Source of the DNA: Alphaproteobacteria bacterium
GTDB lineage: Bacteria > Pseudomonadota > Alphaproteobacteria > SP197
Direction of reading: 5' to 3'
Assembly (NCBI GenBank): GCA_965228895.1
Contig: OZ245842.1
Coordinates: forward strand, 1,248,001 to 1,312,000
DNA length: 64,000 bases
A program made the position numbers and the translations under genes. Positions 21,258 through 30,820 of the stretch are shown in pieces; the first letter of the stretch is position 1, and each line of letters opens with the position of its first letter. Under the pieces are notes generated by a model. It did no database searches and had not been told where the DNA came from. It was given only the letters and a program-made list of their open reading frames with translations.

Positions 21258-21420
21258 GGTCGTCCTCAATTGGTCGTGCGCCGGTTCGCCATGTGGATGC
21301 CGACGTTCTCACCACCTCCAGCATGACCAAAAGAGTGCGACGAGAATAGGGCTAGGCCATGGATCTTTCGTAGTGTCAAGCCATGGGCATGTTGGCGTCG
21401 ACGCCCCAAAACCCAGGTGT

Positions 21421-22572
21421 CTAGACGTCCGCCGTCGCCCATTCGCCACCCATGGCGTGCCGCCACAGGTTCTGCAGATGGGCGACCGAATGCTCGCTGC
21501 GGCCGGCATCGGGTTCGTTGCCGTCAGCCATGATGACGCCGCGATCGTAGCCCAAGTTGTGGAGACCGATTTGAACCTCAGTAACCAACACTTTGTCTTC
21601 GGCGAAGGTTGTGGCGCTATGTTCGCCGACAATGCGTTCGCGTTCGCTTTCCTCAACCCAAGGGCCGAAAAACCAATCGATGTGCGCGATGGTTCGTTCC
21701 GGTCCGTCGGGGATGAAGTGAAAGACCACATAGTTCGAACCCGGATTGACCTGGAGCGCGAAGTTGGGCCACAGCACCCAGCTTCGGAACTCATCGGAGT
21801 GCGGGCCGGCTGCGCGATCGATCTGATAGAGCGACACACCGCCTTTAGCCGGACCGGTGGCCTGCCGATGATGGCGTTCGTAAACATCAACCTTGTAGTT
21901 ATCCGCGCTGAGCAGCGCGGTCATCAAGGCCGGGTGCGCATGACAGCAGTGGTAACATTCGGCGTAGTTCTCGAACGCGACCTTCCAGTTGCACGCCATC
22001 TCCGCTGTTGTGCGGTGCGCAAATTCCAATTCATCGAGCCGCGGTGCAAAGCTGATGAGTTCCTGGGCGACACCGGGAAACTCATCGTCAAAGCTGGGCG
22101 CATTGGTATCGAGGTTGACCAGCACGAGTTTGCCGACTTCCTCGATAAGAATTTCCTTCAGCCCGACCCGTGACGCATCGAAGCCCGGCACGTTTTCGGC
22201 ATTGGGTGCGCTACGCAACCGGCCGTCCAGGCCGTAAGCCCAGGCATGATAGGGGCACGTGATGGTAACCTTCAGATTGCCCCTGCCCTTCAGCAAACGG
22301 TGGCCGCGGTGCTGGCATACGTTAAAGAAGCCCCGCAACACGCCATCACGGCCGCGGATGACCGCAACGTCTTGGCCGGCGACGTTCCCGGTCAGGTAGC
22401 TGCCCGCTTCGGCCACGTCCGCGCTGTGACCGACGGGTTGCCAGACCTTGTGGAAGATCCTTTCCAGCTCCTGGGCGTAGATCTCAGGGTCGGTGAAACA
22501 GCGCGACGGCAGCGTCAACTGCGGTTTGGCGTGGTCTGTGTCGTTCGCGATTGATGGAGAATTGGTCGCCAT
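21421..22572 (-). CDS. Rieske non-heme iron oxygenase alpha subunit, CntA/YeaW (quaternary amine)-like
   Basis: CQHRG...CPYHAW Rieske ligands; ENYAECYHCCHAH mononuclear site; C-terminus EDKVLVTEVQIGL..GY..G.IMAD...SEHSVAH resembles CntA. Confidence 0.88.
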   Translation of the reverse strand: MATNSPSIANDTDHAKPQLTLPSRCFTDPEIYAQELERIFHKVWQPVGHSADVAEAGSYLTGNVAGQDVAVIRGRDGVLRGFFNVCQHRGHRLLKGRGNLKVTITCPYHAWAYGLDGRLRSAPNAENVPGFDASRVGLKEILIEEVGKLVLVNLDTNAPSFDDEFPGVAQELISFAPRLDELEFAHRTTAEMACNWKVAFENYAECYHCCHAHPALMTALLSADNYKVDVYERHHRQATGPAKGGVSLYQIDRAAGPHSDEFRSWVLWPNFALQVNPGSNYVVFHFIPDGPERTIAHIDWFFGPWVEESERERIVGEHSATTFAEDKVLVTEVQIGLHNLGYDRGVIMADGNEPDAGRSEHSVAHLQNLWRHAMGGEWATADV

Positions 22573-22766
22573 GGTTCCTTGATCCCTTGTCGCTGGACAT
22601 GCACGAACTCAGAGAAACCACTTGACGCGGCGTTTGCTGAACGATCGACCGCATCGCCGGTCACCCAGACCGGTAAACGATCATGATCCAAATCGCCGAC
22701 CCCGTCACCAGCGATCTGTTCTGTGGCAGTTTCACGGAATGCTGGCGGAAACCAGGGCAGAGGTAT

Positions 22767-23474
22767 CTATGACTTGGAGGGTGCGTAGAGCATCTTGAGT
22801 CGGGTTCGCCGCGCATTGGCGATATGGCGCCGGGCTGCCCGCTCCGCCTTGTCACCATCGCGTTTGGCGATTGCGTTGACGATGGCGCGGTGTTCGCTCA
22901 GCGCGGCGTCCGGACGGCCTGTCGCCGCAAAGGTCGTTCCCTTAAGCAGCGCGAGCGCATTTCTAAGGCCGTGCAGTGTCGCGAGCAGATAGCGGTTGCG
23001 TGCGGCATCGTAGATGGCTTCGTGCAGGTCGCGATTGATACGTGCTGCGAGATCGCCGTCATCGCCGGCATCGGCCTGACGGGACAGGATGTCGCGCATG
23101 ACGTCGATTTCCGCATCGTCGGCATGTTGGGCCGCGAAACGCGCGGCGGTACCTTCCAGAACCTCACGCATCGCATAGAGCTCAAGCACCTGGCTACGGT
23201 CGAGCTCCGCCACCACCACGCCGCGCCAAGGCAAAGAGACGACCAAACCTTCCGACTCCAGCCGGCGCAAGGCTTCGCGTACGGGTGTGCGACTGACACC
23301 CAGCCGTGCGGCCACCTCCTGCTCGGTGATGCGGTCACCGGGATTGTAGCGTCCGGTCTGGACGTCATTGCGCAGTGTCTCGCTCACGGCCAGGCCGTGT
23401 GACGCCTGCTTCTTTCCGCGCTTTCTCGGAGCTCTTGCAAGGGTGATGACCTGACTGTTGTCTTGATCAGGCAT
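22767..23474 (-). CDS. GntR family (FadR/FCD) transcriptional regulator
   Basis: LGVSRTPVREALRRL wHTH, MREVLEG, SEHRAIV..I; start overlaps the tcuA-like stop. Confidence 0.92.
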   Translation of the reverse strand: MPDQDNSQVITLARAPRKRGKKQASHGLAVSETLRNDVQTGRYNPGDRITEQEVAARLGVSRTPVREALRRLESEGLVVSLPWRGVVVAELDRSQVLELYAMREVLEGTAARFAAQHADDAEIDVMRDILSRQADAGDDGDLAARINRDLHEAIYDAARNRYLLATLHGLRNALALLKGTTFAATGRPDAALSEHRAIVNAIAKRDGDKAERAARRHIANARRTRLKMLYAPSKS

Positions 23475-24987
23475 CGTGCTGATTCTTGTTTGTTGCCGTG
23501 TCGCCTGCATGGCGACCCGCCGTGTCGCCGGCGAGCCGGCCGAACACCGAGCCGGACATCAAACCGGTTCCGCCTGGGTAGTTGGAATAGAAAATGCCGC
23601 CGACCAGCTCGCCGGCAGCGTGGAGGCCGGGTATCGGCTCAAGGTCCTTGTCGAGAACACGTCCCTGGCTATCGATCCTGAGACCGCCGAACGTGAAGGT
23701 GATGCCGCAGGTGACCGCATAGGCCTCGAACGGCGGCTCATCGATTGTGTTGGCCCAGTTCGACTTTCTGATGGCGAGGCCCTGCGTACCGCGCCCATCT
23801 TTCACGTTTGGGTCAAAGGGAATGTCGGTACGAACAGCCTTATTGTACGCGCTGATCGTGTCCAGCGCGCGTTCGCTGTCGACATCGTCGAGCTTGCGGC
23901 AGAGTTCATCCAGTGTCTCAGCGCTGACCTTGGTGATCTCCTTGATGCGGTATTCCGGCCGCAGCAGGCCGGAGACCTTGGCATCGAAGATTTGCCAGGC
24001 AAACTGGCCCGGTTGTTCCAGGATGACGCGACCGTACTTGGCGTAGGTGTAGTTGCGGAAGTCGGCGCCCTCGTCGACGAACCGTTCGCCACGGGCGTTC
24101 ACCATGATGCCCCAGGGGTAGCTGTGCTTTTGAAAGTGGTCGCCGACTGAGAGGTCGCCGAACTCCGGTGCGTTGCGTTCCCAGCCGACAGCATGACAGC
24201 CCGACCAGTTGCCGTAGGATGCCGCGCCGATTTCCAGCGCCATGCGAATGCCTTCGCCGGTGTTGAAGCGGCTGCCGCGAACCTTGGCGAGATCCCATCC
24301 CGGTCCCAGATAACGCGTGCGCCACGCCGGGTTGGCCTCGAAGCCGCCACAGGCGAGGACCACGGAACGGGCGCGAACGGTTTGGTCGCAGCCATCGCGG
24401 CGTACGATCGCGCCTGTAACGTGACCGTCTTCGACGATCAGACGTTCGACTCTGGCCCGATAGCAAACATCGACGGATGACTGGGCTGCCGCCTGCGTCC
24501 AGGCGTCAAGAAGGCCCGGTCCACCGCCCGATGCCTCGACCGTCAGCCCGCCCCAAAACTTGAAGCGGCCGTCGACCTTGAAAGCCTGACGCCCATAGAT
24601 CGGTGCAAAGCGGATGCCCTTGTCACGCATCCACATCATGGTATCGCGGCTCTTGGTGACCAGGAGTTCGCATAGGTCGGGGTCGGTCCGGTACTCGGTG
24701 ACGCGGTACATGTCGTCGAAGAACTGGTCTTCGGTATAGGTGCCGAAATCCGTCGTCGCGCGCTCGTCGTCGCTGAGGTCAGGCATTAGCGCGATGAGGT
24801 CGTCGACGCCGCGGTAAGCGAACCGGATGGCGCCGGCCGTGAAGCGCGTGTTGCCGCCAGCTTCGTTTTCGGGCGCACGCTCCATCACCGTAACGCGACA
24901 ACCATGTTCACGTGCCGCAAGGGCCGCTGCAAAGGCGGCGTTGCCGGCGCCGACAACAAGAACGTCGGTGTCGGAAGGCAGCGTCAT
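23467..24987 (-). CDS. tcuA: FAD-dependent tricarballylate dehydrogenase-like flavoprotein (TcuA/CobZ N family)
   Basis: DVLVVGAGNAA, GGNTRFT, LACGGFEAN, YLGPGWD..KVRG, GITFTFGGL, NYPGGTGLMSG. Substrate not certain. Confidence 0.8.
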   Translation of the reverse strand: MTLPSDTDVLVVGAGNAAFAAALAAREHGCRVTVMERAPENEAGGNTRFTAGAIRFAYRGVDDLIALMPDLSDDERATTDFGTYTEDQFFDDMYRVTEYRTDPDLCELLVTKSRDTMMWMRDKGIRFAPIYGRQAFKVDGRFKFWGGLTVEASGGGPGLLDAWTQAAAQSSVDVCYRARVERLIVEDGHVTGAIVRRDGCDQTVRARSVVLACGGFEANPAWRTRYLGPGWDLAKVRGSRFNTGEGIRMALEIGAASYGNWSGCHAVGWERNAPEFGDLSVGDHFQKHSYPWGIMVNARGERFVDEGADFRNYTYAKYGRVILEQPGQFAWQIFDAKVSGLLRPEYRIKEITKVSAETLDELCRKLDDVDSERALDTISAYNKAVRTDIPFDPNVKDGRGTQGLAIRKSNWANTIDEPPFEAYAVTCGITFTFGGLRIDSQGRVLDKDLEPIPGLHAAGELVGGIFYSNYPGGTGLMSGSVFGRLAGDTAGRHAGDTATNKNQHDA

Positions 24988-25152
24988 CGCGGTCGGCAGG
25001 TAGGCAGGAAAGCAACGACAACTCGTTGCGGTTGCGCCGGTTGCGCACAGATCGGAGTCGACACCGGACTTGGTGATGCGCCGGCGCTCATGCCGTGCTT
25101 TTGGAACGCGAATCGCTTCGACAACGGAACCCCACCACGTAACGAATGCAAG

Positions 25153-25160
25153 TGTATACA
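25153..25160. promoter_or_regulatory. Palindrome TGTATACA, candidate GntR/FadR operator
   Basis: Perfect 8-bp palindrome about 165 bp upstream of the tcuA-gntR unit; resembles FadR-subfamily boxes. Confidence 0.4.
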
Positions 25161-25521
25161 ATCGTGCTGGCGAAGTTTCAAACACGAATCCTTGGCCACC
25201 TGAGTTGCCACCGAGGGCATAACTCGGCCGTCGATCCAACAAAGGTTGTGGGCAAGACGAGTCACGGCTACGCGAATCGTGGCCGAATCGATCCAAAGAA
25301 ATACGCGTGCCACCTTTAGTATTAAAATCTAGTAACGCTCTCCTTTGGTATATCCACATAAGCCCTGGTTCTAAGCAGGTATTTTTCGCTTACTATTTCT
25401 CATCGCAAACACTTCAAGACCGCTTGCGCGCCGCCGATTCTGGCGGGCCACGGACAAATTCCTGATCGATCGTGGGAACTGCCAGTTGTCTCCGCGGGAC
25501 GATCGGGAGGGGGGCTGATAA

Positions 25522-26721
25522 TTGGAACGCTCTGGCAAAAAACTTGCGTGTTTTAGAACCCATCGTCGGCCTCTGCTCGGCGCAGGACTGCTGGCCTTTG
25601 CCATAACGGCCTACGCCACGTCAGGTGATGCCAATGATTTGCGCCTTTGGGGTGCGTCACCACAGGCGGTCGCCTTTTGCAACTCGATGAGTGCCGAGGA
25701 GCTGCAGAGCGCGATTGATGGCGGCGAGTGTCTCGATTTTGTCAAACGTATCGACATAACCTCATCGCCGGCTGCCGGTTTTGCGGACGCTCCAAGCGCA
25801 GCCGCGGCCACATCACCATCGCACGATGCCGTTGCGGCGCTGTCCAACGATGGACAGAGCGTTGGTGGCGACACCGCATCCGATAGCGTCGCGTCTGACA
25901 CAGACACATCCGACGGCGAGACGGCTACGGCAGATGCGTCGCGTTCCGGCGCGTCCGATTTTGGTCAGCAAGGCAAGAACAGCCGCGACCAGCGGTCTGG
26001 CCCCGAAGGTGGATCTAGCGGTGCCGGTGGTGGTGGCGACGGCAGTGGCGGTGGCGGCGGTGCCGGTGATGGCGGTGGCGCCGGTGATGGCGGCGGTGCT
26101 GGTGATGGCGGTGGCGCCGGTGATGGCGGCGGTGCTGGTGATGGCGGTGGCGCCGGTGATGGCGGCGGCGCCGGTGATGGCGGCGGTGCCGGTGATGGCG
26201 GCGGTGCCGGTGATGGCGGCGGTGCCGGTGATGGCGGCGGCGCTGGTGACGGCGGCGGTGCCGGTGATGGCGGCGGTGCCGGTGATGGCGGCGGTGCCGG
26301 TGATGGCGGCGGTGCCGGCGATGGCGGCGGTGCCGGTGATGGCGGCGGTGCCGGTGATGGCGGCGGCGCAGGCGATGGCGGCGGTGCCGGTGATGGCGGC
26401 GGTGCCGGTGATGGCGGCGGTGCCGGTGATGGCGGCGGTGCCGGTGATGGCGGCGGTGCCGGTGATGGCGGCGGTGCCGGTGATGGCGGCGGTGCCGGTG
26501 ACGGCGGCGGTGCCGGTGATGGCGGCGGTGCCGGTGATGGCGGCGGTGCCGGTGACGGCGGCGGTGCCGGTGATGGCGGCGGCGCTGGTGATGGCGGCGG
26601 CGCTGGTGATGGCGGCGGCGCTGGTGACGGCGGCGGTGCCGGCGATGGCGGCGGTGCCGGCGATGGCGGCGGCGCTGGTGATGGCGGCGGTGCCGGTGAT
26701 GGCGGCGGTGCAGGAAGCTAG
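25522..26721 (+). CDS. Putative secreted Gly/Asp-rich repeat protein ending in (GDGGGA)x36
   Basis: GGGAGG RBS and TTG start, signal-peptide-like RRPLLGAGLLAFAITAYA, a Cys pair, Ser/Asp/Ala-rich linker; repeat variation is synonymous in this frame. Confidence 0.65.
   Translation: MERSGKKLACFRTHRRPLLGAGLLAFAITAYATSGDANDLRLWGASPQAVAFCNSMSAEELQSAIDGGECLDFVKRIDITSSPAAGFADAPSAAAATSPSHDAVAALSNDGQSVGGDTASDSVASDTDTSDGETATADASRSGASDFGQQGKNSRDQRSGPEGGSSGAGGGGDGSGGGGGAGDGGGAGDGGGAGDGGGAGDGGGAGDGGGAGDGGGAGDGGGAGDGGGAGDGGGAGDGGGAGDGGGAGDGGGAGDGGGAGDGGGAGDGGGAGDGGGAGDGGGAGDGGGAGDGGGAGDGGGAGDGGGAGDGGGAGDGGGAGDGGGAGDGGGAGDGGGAGDGGGAGDGGGAGDGGGAGDGGGAGDGGGAGDGGGAGDGGGAGDGGGAGDGGGAGDGGGAGS
26065..26712 (+). 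repeat. Tandem repeat, 36 x 18 bp (consensus GGTGATGGCGGCGGTGCC)
   Basis: 648 bp of contiguous 18-mers without spacers; differences confined to third codon positions. Confidence 0.97.
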
Positions 26722-26955
26722 TTCCCGCTATAGAATCCCCACGACCGCACATAGGCCACACCTGACGGGCTAGAGCAGCGCCTTGGCCCATGTGATGAAC
26801 TGTGCATGCGCGACAACCTGATGGTCTTGCCAATTCTCCCGCTTCTGAGCGTTCGGCTGTGCACCATCGGAACAAAGCCCGATAGCGTTGCCCCGAAACT
26901 TGATGTCCTGGCCTTAGACTTGAAATAGGCGAGTGTGTACACCATATGTTCCACC

Positions 26956-27132
26956 ATGAGTGAGAAACAAGACCAACGGCAGCCTGATGAGCGGCCGAAG
27001 CTTCGTCGTTGCTTGATGTGCGACACGAGCTTTGAAAGTACGTGGGCCGGTGAGCGGATCTGCGGGCGATGTCGATCGTCCCATAACTGGCGCCACGGAA
27101 TCAGCGCGACAACAAGATCGAGCTTTCAGTAG
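26956..27132 (+). CDS. Small CxxC-x14-CxxC zinc-ribbon protein
   Basis: RRCLMCDTSFESTWAGERICGRC; resembles a small-protein family I recall from Rhodospirillales (not verified). Confidence 0.7.
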   Translation: MSEKQDQRQPDERPKLRRCLMCDTSFESTWAGERICGRCRSSHNWRHGISATTRSSFQ

Positions 27133-27221
27133 GCCGCCAACTGAGATTGGGCGGTTCGTCATCTGTCGTAACGCACGTGATCGCACTGTGTCGTCGGGCG
27201 CGATGCGTCGACGTTCGCGAC

Positions 27222-28490
27222 TCAGCCAATTGCCAAGATCAATGCGCCGCTGGCGATGACAATGGCAAAAACAACCCCCGTTTTCATGGCCGCTTCCCCC
27301 TTGCCGACTGTGGCAACGATCGCGCCTTTGGCAACCAGGTTTGCCAGCGTCGCCGTCACGATGGCACCAGCCGCCGTCGGGAGTGCGAAATCCTCGGTCT
27401 TCGCGAGCTCTGTCATCGATAGGGTCAAAGCGTCGACGTCAACCAAACCCGATACCAGCGCCACCGCATAGACGGCCTCAGGCCCAAGCCAGGTATGGAC
27501 GACATAGGCCGCCAGCAAAACGCCCGCCAGCAGCGCGCCGAATGTCAAGGCCGTCGCTAGATCGGCGGGGTCACTGACTTCCGCCTCGTGATCTTTCGCC
27601 CCTTTGCTGGTTAGCGCCAATACGATGGCGCCGACCAGGCTGAAGGCCGCCATGACGACAAGGGGCAGGGCGACATGATTGAGCAAACTGGCGTTGAAGA
27701 TCGCGACCAGAATGAGAACGCGAACCAGCATGACCGTGTTGGCGATAGCAATGCCGCTCGCTAAGGCGCCGCCCAGCGCCGGTGTTTGGCGCGCCAGCCG
27801 TGAGAAACTCAATGTCAACGCCGTCGATGAGGCAAGGCCCCCGAGCAGGCCGACGACCAGCAGGCCGAAGCGCGCGCCGACCAGCTTGCAAGCGACATAG
27901 CCTGTGAACGAAAGCGCCGAGATCAGGACAACCATGAGCCAAATCTCAAACGGGTTCAGGACGAGGCCGGGGCCAAATCCTCGGTTCGGCAGCACCGGCA
28001 GCAAGACGATTGTGATGACGAGCAATTGCAGCGCCGCGCCAAGCTCAAACCGGCGTCTTTGTCCTAGCCAGCCATGCAATCCGTGCTTGCCGTGTAGGAA
28101 GGCGACGGCGACCACGGCGACGACGACGGGCAAAAGCATGTCGCCATAGAGAACGAGAGCAGCCAGCGCGAAGGTCAGAAGGGCGGCGACTTCGGTCGTG
28201 ATCCCACGATCCGGAGACGGGCCGGACTTCAGGTCCTGCAGATAGGTGGCGACAACGAGTCCTGCAAACCCCAAAAACGTGAGGCCAAGGGCAATTTCGC
28301 CGGCTATCCGGCCCAACAGGCCACTGACGCCGCCCAAGAGGCCGATCAGCACAAAAGTGCGAATGCCGGCCGTGCGTCGACCGCCATGCTGGTCTCGTGT
28401 CTTCCAGCCACGTTCGATGCCGAACAGAAGCCCTATGCCCAGGGCCAGCGCCATCCGCTGAAACAGTTCGAAGTCTTCGACGAAAGCCAT
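27222..28490 (-). CDS. MgtC/SapB family membrane protein with DUF4010
   Basis: ALGIGLLFGIER, AGIRTF, GITTE, LPVLPN, NPFEIWLMVVLIS, GGLASSTA, GLVDVDA. Confidence 0.88.
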   Translation of the reverse strand: MAFVEDFELFQRMALALGIGLLFGIERGWKTRDQHGGRRTAGIRTFVLIGLLGGVSGLLGRIAGEIALGLTFLGFAGLVVATYLQDLKSGPSPDRGITTEVAALLTFALAALVLYGDMLLPVVVAVVAVAFLHGKHGLHGWLGQRRRFELGAALQLLVITIVLLPVLPNRGFGPGLVLNPFEIWLMVVLISALSFTGYVACKLVGARFGLLVVGLLGGLASSTALTLSFSRLARQTPALGGALASGIAIANTVMLVRVLILVAIFNASLLNHVALPLVVMAAFSLVGAIVLALTSKGAKDHEAEVSDPADLATALTFGALLAGVLLAAYVVHTWLGPEAVYAVALVSGLVDVDALTLSMTELAKTEDFALPTAAGAIVTATLANLVAKGAIVATVGKGEAAMKTGVVFAIVIASGALILAIG

Positions 28491-28663
28491 CTGCGGCGCT
28501 CCACCCACGGGTGACCGTCGAGCCTGCTCATCATGCCCGCGGAAGGCCAGTCTAATGCCAAGTCATCGTCCGACGACACCATGGTGTGAACCACAGGTAC
28601 TTGCGATCAGTCGGGCGCTGCGGGAAAAGAGGGGCCGAAAACCGGCCAGTCCGTAGGTAGCGT

Positions 28664-29638
28664 ATGAGAACGAAAGGTCGAACAACGAAACGTCCGAAGC
28701 TTCGGCAGACGCACTTGGCAGTCCTTGTCGTTTGCGTGGCGGTTCTCGCTGTCGGCCGCTTGGCGGTCGCGATGGCCGGCCCCAGCCTCTTGGTGCCGGC
28801 GCCGGTGCATCAGCCGCGTGTTGCCATCACGACGATCGGGATCGTCGGGGATGACACACGCCGGCTGTCGTCGTTTCCCTATGTCGCGAATGTCGGCGCC
28901 GGCGATAACTCGCTGGCCAGCGCAGTTGTGGTTGGCCGGCGCCATCTCATAACCGCGGCCCATTTGTTTGTGGGCAATGGGCGTTGGCACGCAACCGGCA
29001 TTGCGCGCAAGCCTGTCGGCAGCGAGCTCAGCCAATACCGGGTGTTCATCGAGGGTTGCCCAACCCGAACGTACGGCATTGCTGGAGTCTACGTGAACAC
29101 GCTGAGTCCCGAGTTCAACCGCGCATCGGACTATGCCGTCGTCCAGATCGCCGAACCCCATTGCGGCGTCGGCGTGCCGATTTGGAGCATGACCCGTGAT
29201 GATGTCGACTCGGTTCTGCTTGGGTCGAACGGCACAGCGGATCAGCGCGACGTTACCGTTGCCGGCTATTACGGCCCCCACACCGTAGCCCTCTACAACC
29301 AGTCCGCTATATTGGATACCGGCACATTCGAGAACCTTGAGTTCGACTTCAGTCTTGCTTGGCAATATGCCGCCGAAGGGTCGGTGGTCGAACAAGGCAC
29401 GGGCCGGGAGCTGCGTTTGGGGCCCAACGATCAGCAGCGCCTTTTCGCGCACGAGATTGACGCAACCGTCGGTGGGTCAGGTGGACCTTTGCTCGTTCGT
29501 GACGGCGATGAAGTCTACGCCATCGCTATCCAAGTTGGCGAGCGGCGCGACGACGTCGAACTCAACTATGCGATCAGCATTTCAGACGAGTTCCTGGATC
29601 TCATTGTCGAGCACGTTCCCGACGTCGTCGTCAGGTAA
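28664..29638 (+). CDS. Trypsin-like serine protease with N-terminal signal/anchor
   Basis: Catalytic triad motifs ITAAH, SDYAVV and GGSGGP; basic N-terminus followed by a hydrophobic segment. Confidence 0.8.
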   Translation: MRTKGRTTKRPKLRQTHLAVLVVCVAVLAVGRLAVAMAGPSLLVPAPVHQPRVAITTIGIVGDDTRRLSSFPYVANVGAGDNSLASAVVVGRRHLITAAHLFVGNGRWHATGIARKPVGSELSQYRVFIEGCPTRTYGIAGVYVNTLSPEFNRASDYAVVQIAEPHCGVGVPIWSMTRDDVDSVLLGSNGTADQRDVTVAGYYGPHTVALYNQSAILDTGTFENLEFDFSLAWQYAAEGSVVEQGTGRELRLGPNDQQRLFAHEIDATVGGSGGPLLVRDGDEVYAIAIQVGERRDDVELNYAISISDEFLDLIVEHVPDVVVR

Positions 29639-29653
29639 CCCGTCGCAACATCG

Positions 29654-30721
29654 TCATCGGGCCGCATTTGCCGTTGCTTCGGGCTCGACGAACGCGGGCA
29701 TGACTTCCTTGATAAACAGCTCAAGCGACCGTTTCTGTTCCTTCATGCTGAGCCCGAAACTGGCGCAATAGGTGAACTGGTCGACACCCAAGGCCTCATA
29801 GGGTTTCAGCTTTTTGATCACCTCGTCCGGTGTACCAAACATCAGGTTTTGGCGGAACGCATCGACATCAACGCCTTCCTGACCCTTGAGGTCGTCCATG
29901 TCGATCCCGTCGGCAAAACCGTTCGTGACGCCGCCCAGGTTCCGGAACAGGTTTTGGAACCGTGCCATCTGGCGCATCGTGGCTTCGATTGGCGCTTCCC
30001 ATTGATCGGCGCGGTCATAGACGGCGGCGTAGCGCATGGTCGCGAACTGCGGGCGCTCCAGATCGGGATTGTCGCGCAGAACCGACTCAAATCGCTCCTT
30101 ATAGGTCTCGACCTCCGAAAACGGTCGGGCGATCGCCCATGACAGGACGTTGCAGCCGTTCTTGATACCCCATTCATAGGTCAGCGGAGAGCGGGCGGCG
30201 ACCCACAGCGGCGGGTGCGGTTTCTGCAGCGGTTGTGGCACCGAAATCGAGGTCGGAAACGACCAATATTGGCCGTCATGGGCGTACTCGCCCTGCCATA
30301 GCGCCTTCACCGCCGGCAGCATCTCGTGCATGTAGGTGTAGCCGAGCTTCTGATCCAGCCCGCCGGCCATGCGGTCGAACTCGCGCTGATAGGCGCCGCT
30401 GCCGATCCCGAACTCCAGGCGGCCGCCGCTGTAGAGATCCAACATGGCGGCCTCGCCCGCGACCCGGATCGGGTGCCAATAGGGGGCGACCACGACCGCC
30501 GTGCCCAGCCGAATTCGCGATGTGTGCGCCGCCCACCAGGTCAGGATCTGGAACGGATTGGGCGCGATTTGCAGCTCGATGGCGTGATGTTCGGCCGCCC
30601 AGGCGATATGGAATCCGCCTTCGTCAGCCATCTGCACCATATCCAGGGCGTGGCGCTCGACATCCCGCATGTCGATGTCGGGCGACAAGCGCTCCATGTT
30701 CATCACAAGTTGGAACTTCAT
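29654..30721 (-). CDS. LLM class flavin-dependent monooxygenase
   Basis: WAAEHH, IRLGTAV, HPIRVA.EAAMLD.SGGRLEFGIG.G, PQPLQKPHPP, GTPDEV. Confidence 0.92.
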   Translation of the reverse strand: MKFQLVMNMERLSPDIDMRDVERHALDMVQMADEGGFHIAWAAEHHAIELQIAPNPFQILTWWAAHTSRIRLGTAVVVAPYWHPIRVAGEAAMLDLYSGGRLEFGIGSGAYQREFDRMAGGLDQKLGYTYMHEMLPAVKALWQGEYAHDGQYWSFPTSISVPQPLQKPHPPLWVAARSPLTYEWGIKNGCNVLSWAIARPFSEVETYKERFESVLRDNPDLERPQFATMRYAAVYDRADQWEAPIEATMRQMARFQNLFRNLGGVTNGFADGIDMDDLKGQEGVDVDAFRQNLMFGTPDEVIKKLKPYEALGVDQFTYCASFGLSMKEQKRSLELFIKEVMPAFVEPEATANAAR

Positions 30722-30820
30722 GCCGGGTTCGCCTCGCCGACTATTGAGCTGTTGCTATAGTAGTAAGGACGGCCGCGACGCGATAGGCACCGGTCGTTGT
30801 CGGACGGGGGAGGCGATGCC

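Noticed and set aside
21419-21426. GTCTAGAC as a PhnF operator upstream of the GH16 gene
   Set aside because: It coincides with the TAG stop of the Rieske gene, is far from phn genes and has no Pho box beside it. Probably chance, though it shows the motif can arise in background.
24988-25359. 124-aa N-terminal extension of the TcuA-like ORF
   Set aside because: The FAD-binding motif starts right after the ATG at 24987; the extension is non-protein-like and contains a candidate operator.
26065-26712. CRISPR array
   Set aside because: Contiguous 18-bp units with no unique spacers and no cas genes; it is a coding tandem repeat.
25781-26875. His/Arg-rich ORF (26015..26875, minus) and VMAAVP-repeat ORF (25781..26773, plus) as real proteins
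   Set aside because: Shadow frames of the repeat. Unit variation changes their amino acids but is silent in the GDGGGA frame.
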